Assembly: GCA_038214755.1 (NCBI GenBank) | Contig: JBBQRQ010000009.1 | Location: 9,587-73,586, forward strand | Source: Verrucomicrobiota bacterium | GTDB taxonomy: Bacteria > Verrucomicrobiota > Verrucomicrobiia > Limisphaerales > CANJXF01 | Direction of reading: 5' to 3' | DNA length: 64,000 nucleotides | Shown: positions 28,901 through 38,600 of the stretch, piece by piece | How the letters are laid out: each line of letters begins with the position of its first letter | Position numbering within the stretch: the first letter of the stretch is position 1 | Made by a program: the position numbers and the translations under genes | The notes under the pieces: generated by a model | Told to the model about the DNA's origin: nothing | The model's input: only the letters and a program-made list of their open reading frames with translations | Database searches by the model: none

Positions 28901-31006
28901 ATGAAAAGAATTATCGTCCTTTCTCTATTAACCCTCACCACCTTCATCGGTGTCGCCCGTGCGGCCACCGTGACAGTATTAATCGCTGACGATGGAGTCA
29001 ATCTGATCGGGGCACCGGGCAGCTTTTATTGGGCTATCACGAATGCCGGCCCCGGAGATACCATCGCCTTTAATATCCCAGGTCCGGGACCGCATTATCT
29101 CAAAGTTCCGCCCAACGGTTTCCCGCTTGTTTACCAAAAAAACAATTTGCTCATTGACGGCTATTCGCAGCCGGGGTCTTCGCGCAACACCAACGCGATA
29201 ACTTCTTCCAACAACGCCGTGATTAAAATCGTGATTGACGGGCGCAATGGCAATTCGCGCGACATGGCCTATGAGGCTTATGATGGAACCCTGGCCACCA
29301 GTGTTCCGGCCATCGACAACACAAGTATGGCTTTGGAAAGAAGCGGTTATGGCCATGATGAGTTAGCTCTCTTGGGAATTTATCGCTCGAGTGGTGTTAC
29401 TGTCAGGGGCATTGCTTTTCTGGGGACGCTCACTCCTGTGAATTCTGGCGTGGTCAAGGGCATCTGTCTTGCGCATGACTACGGATTAGTCACCAACGTT
29501 CTTGATCGATTCTCCTATACGGCTGGGAGCGACGCCAATTTCCATGCCAACGGTTGTTGGTTTGGAGTAGATCCGGCTAACCCGACGATCGCGGGAGTCG
29601 CTCAATCCGGCTTCGCGATTTCTGCATACCGTCATCGCGCCGCCAGTGGAGATCCCCGTCCGGAGCTTCCCAACATTGGATTGACGGTCGGCGCAAAAGC
29701 AGCGTCCACCAATGCGCGGGCTGAGTTCAATGTATTTGTCGGGCTTGCCTACGCTTTTGATTGCGAAGGCATTCGCGGACGGGTGTCGGGAAACTTTTTT
29801 GGTGTGATGCCCGATGGTGTGACTCCCTACAACACCACCGAGTTGCAACCGGCGGCATTTGCCGGGGGCCAGTTCGAGTTCGGGCGCTATGACGACACGG
29901 TGGCAATCGTTATTGGAACAGACGGTGACAGTTTCAATGACGCCGACGAAGGCAACATTTTTGGGCCCCTGGCTCCCATTAGCGGAAGCATGCAGTCACA
30001 GTTTGACTTTTTTAACAGCGGCAGAAAGCCGTGGATCATTGCGGGTAATCGGTTTGGCATTGCGGGGAACGGCACCATCTGGACGAACAACGCCTTCTAC
30101 ATTGGCAGCTTCCGGCTCGATCAAGGATCCCAGGTTCGCTTTGGTTCCGATTTTAACGGCGTGAGCGACGCATTGGAGGCCAACGTGGTTTATAACAATA
30201 ACACGTTCACAAACCTGTATCCCGATCCCACGATGGGCATCGCCCGCTCTTTGTTCGCGGTCCTGAATAACACTGCGGCGACAGATGGGTGGCTCAGTGT
30301 GCGCGGAAACAAGTTCGTGAACAACTTTCCGCTCTATAACCCCGACGAAGATGCCACAAGGTACTTTAATAGCTGGAGCAATTATACCGCCGGCGCTACT
30401 CAGACCGTACCCACCTTGTTGACCAATAGCACAAGGACGAACCTGATTGGCACTTGCGGCCTTCCGACAAATAACTACACGAATCTGGTGATTGACGTGT
30501 ATCTCCCTGATCCGGAGGGACAGGTTAATGGCGCCCTGATGGATTACCCATTCTTCGGCGGCACGAACGGCCCCGGCTTCGTCCAGGGCAAGACCTACTT
30601 GGGAAATTTCCTCGACAACGGACCGCAGGATTCCAATCCCGCCGTCGGTGCGTTCTCGCTGAATATCAGCAGCCTCGGTCTTACCAACGGCACCAAAGTG
30701 ACAGTGGCCGTGACTTACAGCCGGTTTGCTCATCCAAAGCTGGCCGCTCCAATTGTAGGCGGTGGCACCGTGACACTTTCATGGACAGGCGATAACGGCG
30801 GGCCATTTAACGTGGCGGGCGCAGGAGGCCCGAGTTCTGGATTTGGTGTTCAAAGCGCAACCAGCATAACCGGGCCGTGGACTACGAAGTTCGTTCCAGG
30901 GAACTTGACGTTCTACTCCGCCGGTTCACCAGCCGCGTTCTATCGGGTGGTGGCGCCGCTCTCCGGGATGACGACGCTCTGCGCTGCGCCTGTGGTTCTC
31001 CAGTAA
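28901..31006 (+). CDS. secreted hypothetical protein (beta-helix-like N-terminus, [FY]YR-type C-terminal module)
   Basis: Signal peptide MKRIIVLSLLTLTTFIGVARA. GSFYWAITNAGPGDTIAFNIPG resembles the N-terminal motif of choice-of-anchor-Q / CSLREA-type beta-helix proteins. Ends ..AAFYRVVAPLSG plus 18 aa. Confidence 0.65.
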   Translation: MKRIIVLSLLTLTTFIGVARAATVTVLIADDGVNLIGAPGSFYWAITNAGPGDTIAFNIPGPGPHYLKVPPNGFPLVYQKNNLLIDGYSQPGSSRNTNAITSSNNAVIKIVIDGRNGNSRDMAYEAYDGTLATSVPAIDNTSMALERSGYGHDELALLGIYRSSGVTVRGIAFLGTLTPVNSGVVKGICLAHDYGLVTNVLDRFSYTAGSDANFHANGCWFGVDPANPTIAGVAQSGFAISAYRHRAASGDPRPELPNIGLTVGAKAASTNARAEFNVFVGLAYAFDCEGIRGRVSGNFFGVMPDGVTPYNTTELQPAAFAGGQFEFGRYDDTVAIVIGTDGDSFNDADEGNIFGPLAPISGSMQSQFDFFNSGRKPWIIAGNRFGIAGNGTIWTNNAFYIGSFRLDQGSQVRFGSDFNGVSDALEANVVYNNNTFTNLYPDPTMGIARSLFAVLNNTAATDGWLSVRGNKFVNNFPLYNPDEDATRYFNSWSNYTAGATQTVPTLLTNSTRTNLIGTCGLPTNNYTNLVIDVYLPDPEGQVNGALMDYPFFGGTNGPGFVQGKTYLGNFLDNGPQDSNPAVGAFSLNISSLGLTNGTKVTVAVTYSRFAHPKLAAPIVGGGTVTLSWTGDNGGPFNVAGAGGPSSGFGVQSATSITGPWTTKFVPGNLTFYSAGSPAAFYRVVAPLSGMTTLCAAPVVLQ

Positions 31007-31028
31007 GGGGAAATTCTGAATCGCAACA

Positions 31029-31063
31029 GGCAGGGCCCGCCGCAAGGCGGCCTTGCCTTTTTT
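31029..31063 (+). terminator. rho-independent terminator
   Basis: ggcagggcccgcc-gcaa-ggcggccttgcc forms a ~12-bp stem with one bulge, followed by tttttt. It lies 23 nt after the stop of 28901-31006. Confidence 0.6.
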
Positions 31064-31105
31064 AGCGGTGCATTTATTTTAGCGCGAGCTAAAAAACTCT
31101 ACGCC

Positions 31106-31864
31106 ATGAAAACACGAGAGCGGAAAAGATCAGGTTTTACCTTGATCGAGTTATTGGTCGTCATCGCAATTATCGCGATCCTCGCAGGGTTGCTCTTGCC
31201 CGCCTTGGCTAAAGCCAAAGACAAGGCGCAGAAAACAAAGTGCCTCAGCAATATCAAACAACTTCAGCTTTGTTGGATCATGTATGCCGACGACAATCTC
31301 GACTTTATCCCGCCGAACAATGTAAACGGTTACTTTGGTGGGCCGCCCGGCACCGAGGCGTGGATTTACGGCAACGTGCAAACCGACATCGATACCAAGA
31401 ATATCCGAGAGGGAGTCCTCTTTAGATACAACACCTCTACTGCGATCTACGTATGCCCCACCGACCCTTGGGTGATACGCCGCAACGGGAATGTTTACCC
31501 CACGACGAGAAGTTTTTCCATGGTCAGTGCTATGGGCGGGACAGGTATAAAGGTGTTAGCTATCCGGGATCCCAAACCGTCCAAGGCTCTAGTGTTTGTG
31601 GAGGAACAGGAGAACCTCGTTGGAACTCCGAGCAATTTTATTAACGATGGAAACATTGGATTGCGCGAGTATCCGTCAACTGATTGGGGCGATTTGCCCG
31701 CGCAACGTCACACCGGAGCGACCGTTTCCATGGTGGATGGTCACGCGGAATTTTTGAAATGGAGATCTAAAATTCTTTTACAACGTGGACGCCCAGCAAC
31801 CGCCGCCGAGAAACCCGACCTGCTAAAACTACAACGGGGTCTTCCGGGTTTCCCGAATCAATAG
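31106..31864 (+). CDS. prepilin-type N-terminal cleavage/methylation domain protein (type II secretion / pseudopilin-like)
   Basis: KRSG|FTLIELLVVIAIIAILAGLLLPALAKAK is a classic prepilin leader and hydrophobic helix. C-terminal ..HTGATVSMVDGHAEFLKW is close to the H-X9-DG tail seen in PVC prepilin-like proteins (spacing here is 8, not 9). Confidence 0.85.
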   Translation: MKTRERKRSGFTLIELLVVIAIIAILAGLLLPALAKAKDKAQKTKCLSNIKQLQLCWIMYADDNLDFIPPNNVNGYFGGPPGTEAWIYGNVQTDIDTKNIREGVLFRYNTSTAIYVCPTDPWVIRRNGNVYPTTRSFSMVSAMGGTGIKVLAIRDPKPSKALVFVEEQENLVGTPSNFINDGNIGLREYPSTDWGDLPAQRHTGATVSMVDGHAEFLKWRSKILLQRGRPATAAEKPDLLKLQRGLPGFPNQ

Positions 31865-32003
31865 TTCACCAGTGATCAGGTCGGCGTGATGACCCTTCGT
31901 GGCGCGGGCGTCATCACTCTGCGATTTAGTATTCCAAAAAGAATTCCCGCGATCTGGTTCGCGGAACTGGGGTAGTATCCGTAAGGTGGTGGCGGCTTCT
32001 CAC

Positions 32004-35000
32004 TCAAGGTGATCCTCTGGCTCGGTAAAAACGTTGGTCGAGTCGCGGGATGGGATCAACGAAGTCGATAGTCCCGCCGCGACTGGAAAGGTTGGTCAAG
32101 GTTTGCCAATCGAATAAATTGGTGGACACTTCGATGGAGTAGGGGAGGTCGCTCTCGCCGCTCAACGTGAAATGAAACCGGCCATCGGATAAAACGGAAA
32201 TGGAACTTAACCGCGTCAAGGGCAGGATGGTTAAGGCTGCTATGTCGCTGATGATTGAACCTGCCGGATTCGAGATAACTACAGTGTAACCTCCGATATC
32301 AGCCGTTTGAACATTGGTTCGTGCATAGGAGCTATTAGTCGCTCCTGCGATATTGGCCTCGTTGAACTGCCATTGGTAAGTCAACTGTCCACTGCCCGCC
32401 GCTAGCACAGTGAAGGTAGCATTGGAACTGGCTCTGACGTTTTGAAGCTGCGGTTGGCTATAAATGATCGGAGCGGTGCTATAGCTGAAACGCATCGCAT
32501 CGGCCACGACAAGCTTGTTGATCTCCCCTGTGTTATTTTCTATTTCGACATAGCCGTTGGTCCCCCCGGCGAATTCTCGCGTCGTTAACAAACGCCAACC
32601 CCCACCTCCGGTAGTCTGGTTGATATGAGTCACGAGACTATCACCATTGAATACGATCAAAAGACGGGTGTTAGAGCTACGATTAGTGCCTTGAGGGTAC
32701 GAGATGGAAATGTCATACATCCCGGCCAGCGGAATTGCCGGGGTATAAGTCGAGGAAGCGGTTGCACTTCCAATAACGGTGGAGGCGTACTGATAATAGC
32801 TCCCATATTTATCCGGCGCAGCGGTCGCTGTAGTCCAGACCCCATCGAACCGGGCGTCTGGGTTATCCAAGATGATATCTGCGACGCTGATGAAATTGGC
32901 GAAAAGGGTTTTACTTCGCGTCATAGTAACATCAATCTGATTGCTGGTAGTCACTACGTCGCCAGACCATCCTACAAAAGAAAAGCCCGCCGATGCCGTA
33001 GCGTTTAATGAGACCATACTACCAGCGTCGTAGCCGGATTGGTCGGGAGTCACCGTGATAGTTCCTCCGGTCGGTGGATTGACATAAGAGCGGAGATAGA
33101 GGTTGACTACGAGGAGTGCCGCGTCGCTGGAAACGGACCCTATCGGATTACTCAACACGACCGAATGCTCTCCCGCATCGTTCGTGGTGACATTGGTCAA
33201 CGTATAAGTGCTATTGGTGGCATCCGATATGTCCGCACCTCGGAACCGCCACTGATAGGTTATAGGTGTGCTGCTGCTCGCGGTAACAGTGAAGGTTACG
33301 GACTGACTTTCCACCACCGTTTGACCGATAGGTTGTTGAGTAATGGAAGGAGGCGCAGGTGTGCCGGTCACCAGGATTAACCTCGGACCAGTGTTTGCAT
33401 TTGCTTCCCCGGAAACAATGCTAAGACTATCCGCGTCTTGGGTGTCTCCTTGAAATCGAACTTCGCGCGCCAATAAAAAAGAAACATCGCTACCCGGATG
33501 TTCACGAAGGAACCTCGTCACATCAATCATCCTGTCTTGCGAAGTAGCATCGGCCACAAATTGCCCGACGATCTGCGCGCCGGTCCCTTGTTCCGAAATA
33601 AAATTGTTCGTATAGTTGGTGCCCGGCGGGATGTTCTGTTTTAAGTTCGGCGCGTTACTCCAGGTAAGGCTATTCTGTGACCAGTTGTTATTCGTGATGC
33701 CATAAACGTGTGCTTGCACCAGGTTACTTCCATTGATCGATGATGCGCGGATAGTCAGCAGCGCGAACTGCAGGTCGGCTAAGTTAAAGGTGGGCAAATG
33801 AAATTTAAGAAAGGTCGCGCTACGACTGCTGGCATTGGTGGAATTATTCCTCACGAGGCAAACCGGATTAGTCGCGAAGTTCAAAGTTCGGTTCGCGCCG
33901 TCGTGAACCATCGCGTCATCGGTAGCGAGCAAAGTTCGCAACGGTTGTTGCGGTTGGGTAGGAATGGTGAAAAGCCAAACCGTATTTGATGCGTGAATGC
34001 CGGCGTTAATCTGGTTGTTAGCTACCGTGAGGAGCGCCCTTGCGCCGCCATAAATATTTTCGCTGACCTCTTCCAGCAAGACCCGCTGACCCGTTCGCAA
34101 ACCCCAGGAGGTTGTATCCAACGTTACGTCCACATTGGACGAGGAATTGTTGGCCGAAAAAACTTGATAGCGTTTCGTCGCAGGATCAAAGGTCGAAACT
34201 AGATCCAATCCCGTCGCTCCAGTTCCTTTCGTTACATCCACACGATCGCGACCCGGTGCAGTGACTTTGTTAAATAAACGGTAAACCTCTCCTGCCTTGG
34301 TGATACCTCCTATATTGTAAGGCGCGTTGAAATTATCCACAAAGTGCATCCCATTCTTTTTAACTGGAGTGGAAGTCTGGCTGAATTTGAAACAATAAAG
34401 TTCGTTGACAAAATTGTTCACCAGGTTTGCGACAATGGAGCCGAAGCGCGCGTACTTCGATGGGGTATCCAATGTTTCGATCAAGGTATCGAAGACGCCC
34501 GCAGTATGAACATTAAACTCTGATAGACTCGAAGGATAGCGTGGTTCCGGTGACATATCGGCAGTCAGAGACGCGTGCAACCCTGCCACTCGACTACCAA
34601 AGGTGGACGGCACGGAATTGTATTCGTGATAATCGTATTGGCCGATGAGTGAAAAATTCGTATCGACCTGACCCAGAAAATCCTTGTGACGATTGGTTAC
34701 GATGAGACGACCCCAGGTCGCATAGGTTGTCGAAACAGCGCCTGCCGTAACCGGAGCCAGCATTCGCGCCTTCAATGACTTGCCATAGAGTTGATTCACG
34801 TCGGCCAATGCGGATTGAACAGCATCAGAGGCGAGTTGAAGACGCATCAGGTAATCGGCTTGCGGCAAAGTGCCACCGAGGTCGGGTTCGTTATACATCT
34901 GGAAACGCTCCACGTCGTATTCGCGTCCCAGGTAAAACGCTTCAAAATAAAAATGCTGCCATAACTCCCACTTGCCCGCCCAGTCATTGGTATCGATAAT

Positions 35001-35486
35001 GTCGAACTGGCCGGGACTGGCGGTGATGTTGATCAGGATTTGCACACCCAGCCCGCGCAGCTTGGTGCAAGCATGATCCACGTTCAACAGGTTCGACCCA
35101 TGCAGGGCGGTGACTCCAAATTGCGGGATAAGGTAAGGCCAGTTGATGTAATTCGTGTCGAGTGGATTGATGCGCAGCGCCGCTTTGCGACTGACAAAGC
35201 TGGCTTGGTTAGTCACACCATCGCCCCGGGCAGGCAAATCGTCGTTGGGTTCAATCACACTCGCCGTAAGGAACACACGCGCGCCGCCAACTCCCGCATA
35301 GTGCCACCAATCCTCCGTGTTGCTGAGTGGAGCAAAATGGCCTGAATTGTAGGCGATCAATTCGGGTGTGGCACCCAGCTTGTTAATGCTGACGGTCAGA
35401 GTTGCCGCGGGCAAAGTGGTCGTGAAAAATAAAAACGCCCAAAATAAGACGACGATTCGCCGAGGTAGATAGAATATGGAATGCAT
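32004..35486 (-). CDS. secreted multidomain glycoside-hydrolase-like protein (clan-A-like TIM barrel, DNRLRE-type module, Ig-like domains, InlB-B-repeat-like and golvesin-C-like modules)
   Basis: Signal peptide. ERFQMYNEPDLG is an NEP acid/base-type motif. LKFHLPTF..AHVYGITNNNWSQNSLTWSNAP is DNRLRE-like. Two Ig-like units (QQPIGQTV..TYQWRF, YSQPQLQNV..TYQWQF). GGTITVTPDQSGYDAGSMVSLNATASAGFSFVGWSGDV. Tail ..QRFYRARGSP. Confidence 0.7.
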   Translation of the reverse strand: MHSIFYLPRRIVVLFWAFLFFTTTLPAATLTVSINKLGATPELIAYNSGHFAPLSNTEDWWHYAGVGGARVFLTASVIEPNDDLPARGDGVTNQASFVSRKAALRINPLDTNYINWPYLIPQFGVTALHGSNLLNVDHACTKLRGLGVQILINITASPGQFDIIDTNDWAGKWELWQHFYFEAFYLGREYDVERFQMYNEPDLGGTLPQADYLMRLQLASDAVQSALADVNQLYGKSLKARMLAPVTAGAVSTTYATWGRLIVTNRHKDFLGQVDTNFSLIGQYDYHEYNSVPSTFGSRVAGLHASLTADMSPEPRYPSSLSEFNVHTAGVFDTLIETLDTPSKYARFGSIVANLVNNFVNELYCFKFSQTSTPVKKNGMHFVDNFNAPYNIGGITKAGEVYRLFNKVTAPGRDRVDVTKGTGATGLDLVSTFDPATKRYQVFSANNSSSNVDVTLDTTSWGLRTGQRVLLEEVSENIYGGARALLTVANNQINAGIHASNTVWLFTIPTQPQQPLRTLLATDDAMVHDGANRTLNFATNPVCLVRNNSTNASSRSATFLKFHLPTFNLADLQFALLTIRASSINGSNLVQAHVYGITNNNWSQNSLTWSNAPNLKQNIPPGTNYTNNFISEQGTGAQIVGQFVADATSQDRMIDVTRFLREHPGSDVSFLLAREVRFQGDTQDADSLSIVSGEANANTGPRLILVTGTPAPPSITQQPIGQTVVESQSVTFTVTASSSTPITYQWRFRGADISDATNSTYTLTNVTTNDAGEHSVVLSNPIGSVSSDAALLVVNLYLRSYVNPPTGGTITVTPDQSGYDAGSMVSLNATASAGFSFVGWSGDVVTTSNQIDVTMTRSKTLFANFISVADIILDNPDARFDGVWTTATAAPDKYGSYYQYASTVIGSATASSTYTPAIPLAGMYDISISYPQGTNRSSNTRLLIVFNGDSLVTHINQTTGGGGWRLLTTREFAGGTNGYVEIENNTGEINKLVVADAMRFSYSTAPIIYSQPQLQNVRASSNATFTVLAAGSGQLTYQWQFNEANIAGATNSSYARTNVQTADIGGYTVVISNPAGSIISDIAALTILPLTRLSSISVLSDGRFHFTLSGESDLPYSIEVSTNLFDWQTLTNLSSRGGTIDFVDPIPRLDQRFYRARGSP

Positions 35487-35685
35487 TTTGGTTGACTGTG
35501 CCAGCGACCCGGACGAACGACAAATTTATTTTCTGGAAGGGACAAGGGGGCATTTTCGCTCCCGGCGCGGCGCAGGCGGCTCGGTAACAAAAAACCGCAG
35601 TTGCGAAGATTAAGGCGCTTCCAATGCCGATGTGAGGTAAGAAAACTACAGTTAACGAATAAAAGCAGGATAGCGTATCGCCCCA

Positions 35686-38600
35686 TTACGGACGCTCAAA
35701 GCGAATGCGGTAAAACCGCATGCCATTTGTACTCAGCGAGTCTGTATAGGATGACGAAATGCTCGTAGGCGGTTGATTGGTCCAGACATTCAGCCACACT
35801 TGATTCGTTGGGTTAAGCGTCAAACTGGTTTGTAGAGTTTGCCTCGCTTGCGTGCCCGCTTGCCAATCAATGCGAATGCCATTGGGAACTCTCTGCGCCC
35901 CGCTGATTCTGGGGTAAGAATTCGGATCAGTTGGATTCGTGTCCGCGATGTACTCGACAAAATTGCTCACGCCATCGTGGTCGAAATCACCATTGGTAGT
36001 TTGTGACAAGTTGCCGAAATACTGGAGTTCCCACCAGTCAGGGATGCCATTTGAGTTGGAGTCCTGATTCATGTTGATCTGAAATGGAGTGGAGGGTGAC
36101 CAATCCCCCAGCAGACTGAAATCCTGGGCGCGGGCACGGAGCAACACATTCGTGACTACGTTTCCGCCGAGGTCGCCCATTACATTCCAAGTCAACGAAT
36201 GATTTACACCTGTTGGCAAAGTAGCGACACGGTTGCTGGAACTATACGGTGCGCCATCTAAAGCCGTGAGCGTGGCGTTCTGCCAATTGGTCGCGCCGGA
36301 GAATTGGTATTGCAGGTAGGGTGTTGAAGCGTTGCCTTCGGCGTCCCAGAGACGAACCCTCAGGGCGGCCAGACTGCCCAGGATATTTGTCTGAGGTAAC
36401 ACGGCGGCGGCCGGTGGCGTTTGAACGATGCCTGCCGTTTGCGGCAGCACGGATTGCGGCGGCCACAGAATCACGTCGCATCGGGTTTGATTTATAGGAT
36501 CAACACGCAGGCCGATCAAACCTTCGCCTGACCCCAACCTTTTCACACCCGCCAGCGCGTGCCAGGCCTTGCCCCCGTTCTGCGCGCTGAACAATTGCCG
36601 CTGCAACGGATTAGTACCCGTCGCCGTCCAGGCGAACACCTGACCGTCCGGCTCGCCGGTGAAAAAGACCTCGTTGCTGGCGTTGAGGAAATTCACCGAA
36701 TCCAGGCCGTAACTCTGCGCCAATGTCAACGCGGCGATGGGCTGACGGGAAAGCGTCAACAAACTCGCGTTCGTTCCGCCCACCAGATATTCAGCCGTGA
36801 CAAAGTCGTCGCCGAAATCAATCAAGCCGTTGGCGTTCTTGTCGTCGGTAAACGTGTAGAAAATGGAACTGCCGTTGGTGGCGCGCAGAAAACCTGAGGT
36901 GAGTGAACTACCACGCCAGTTGAACGTGTGTGCAGTCGACGGTTCTGAGAGCGAGCGCACCGGAACCTCGATAATTCCAGGAAATATATTCAAAGGTACT
37001 TGGTAGTCGCGCCACTGTCCGTTCGCTTCAATGGCCGTATAAAACTCAAAGTTCTGTGGTTCGCCAGCGGCCCAGTTGGTGAAAGTAGAAGGTGAGCCGC
37101 TTATCCAGATGTACGGGTCAGCAAGCGTCTTCCTGTAAAAACCGATCCACGCTTGCACACCAAAATTGGTCGTGAGCCAGTTGTTTTCGGCCAAACTGTC
37201 TATTGTAACCAAGTTGCCTCCGAACTGCTGGGCATACGATTGAGCGGTTATCCAATCGGATTGCGTTGGCGTTAGAAAATAGGCCGACCCAGACCCGGCC
37301 CAGTATGTTGCATTCGCCGGAAGGGGTGGCGCAAAGGTGAGTTCGACTCCGCCAGAATCGAGTAGTCGAAAGCCCGTCCGATTTGCCATCAGGTCGGCAA
37401 CAGTGCCAAGTCCGCGATGGGCGACGTTTGCCAATAGCGGACGAACGATCCAATTAGTCGAAAAGTTTGCGGCTGATAATGAGCCGTCCGGTGAATTGGA
37501 TGTGGCGAGGCTGATAAGTATATCGGAACCACGCACGCCCAGTACGAACGCTGCTTGGTTCGTGGAAAGTGCCACCATATTCGATTGCCAAAATCCACCG
37601 TTGCTCGTGAACTCCATCACGCGCCCGCTACCGTTCGTCGTTCCACGCAGGCCAACGTAGATTGCAGCGCTTGGCCGGTTCGTCACTTGTCCGACGGCAA
37701 TGGAGGTGATACCGAACGAACCTACGTCCACTCGTTGTGTTGACCAGCCGCTCGAAGTTTCTGTTAGAACCAGTAGAAAGTTCGTGTTCGTTCCCGGATT
37801 GCCATCCGCGCCGATGACAATCTCCTCAGCACCAATTCCGTCCAGTTGGCCGACGCCGACAACGAAGTTGCTGGGTGTGAATGGCAGAACGAGCGAGGCG
37901 ATGTTTATGCCGGGATTGCCGAGAAGATTGGGAGTGGACAGCGCATTGGTCGGGCTGCTGCCGGCTTTCCATTCCTGATAATCCGTCCAGCCATCACCGT
38001 CGCTGTCAAAGTAGGGACTGGTGTTGTTGGTCAGACCGTTGAGAAAGCGCCAGAGCACCGGAAGCCCGTTCGTCTCAGCGGCGCGGGAGAGGACGGTGTA
38101 ACGCGCGGGATTTCCGTCGCCATCGTATTGGTAGGCAAGGGATATGCCGCGCGAAGATTCTTCGCCGACAAGTCGGTCGGTGCGGTCGTAGAAAAAACGG
38201 TTGGTTTTCTGGCCGCCGGTGAAGATTTCGTAGTCGGAAAGACCCAGTCCTCTCGAATAACCGTTGCGAGGATTGAACGGGGTGTTGGTGTTGGCAAGGC
38301 TGTATTGATATTCCTGCGAATTGGAGAGACCGTCAAAATCTGCGTCGTCGTTTGCGTCATTGATTCGCGGATTCAAACCGTTCTGCACCTCCCAGCCGTC
38401 CGGCATCCCGTCGCCGTCGGTGTCCTTCTCCAGCGGGTTCGTCCCGAAGACGAACAACTCGTCGTAATCGGAGAGACCGTCGCCGTCGGTGTCCGCATGG
38501 TCGATTCTTGTCCCAATTCGAAATTCGGTTATGTTGTCCACTCCATCTCCATCTTCGTCACCATTTGCAGACACAACTTGAAGATAAACTGGCGCACTCG

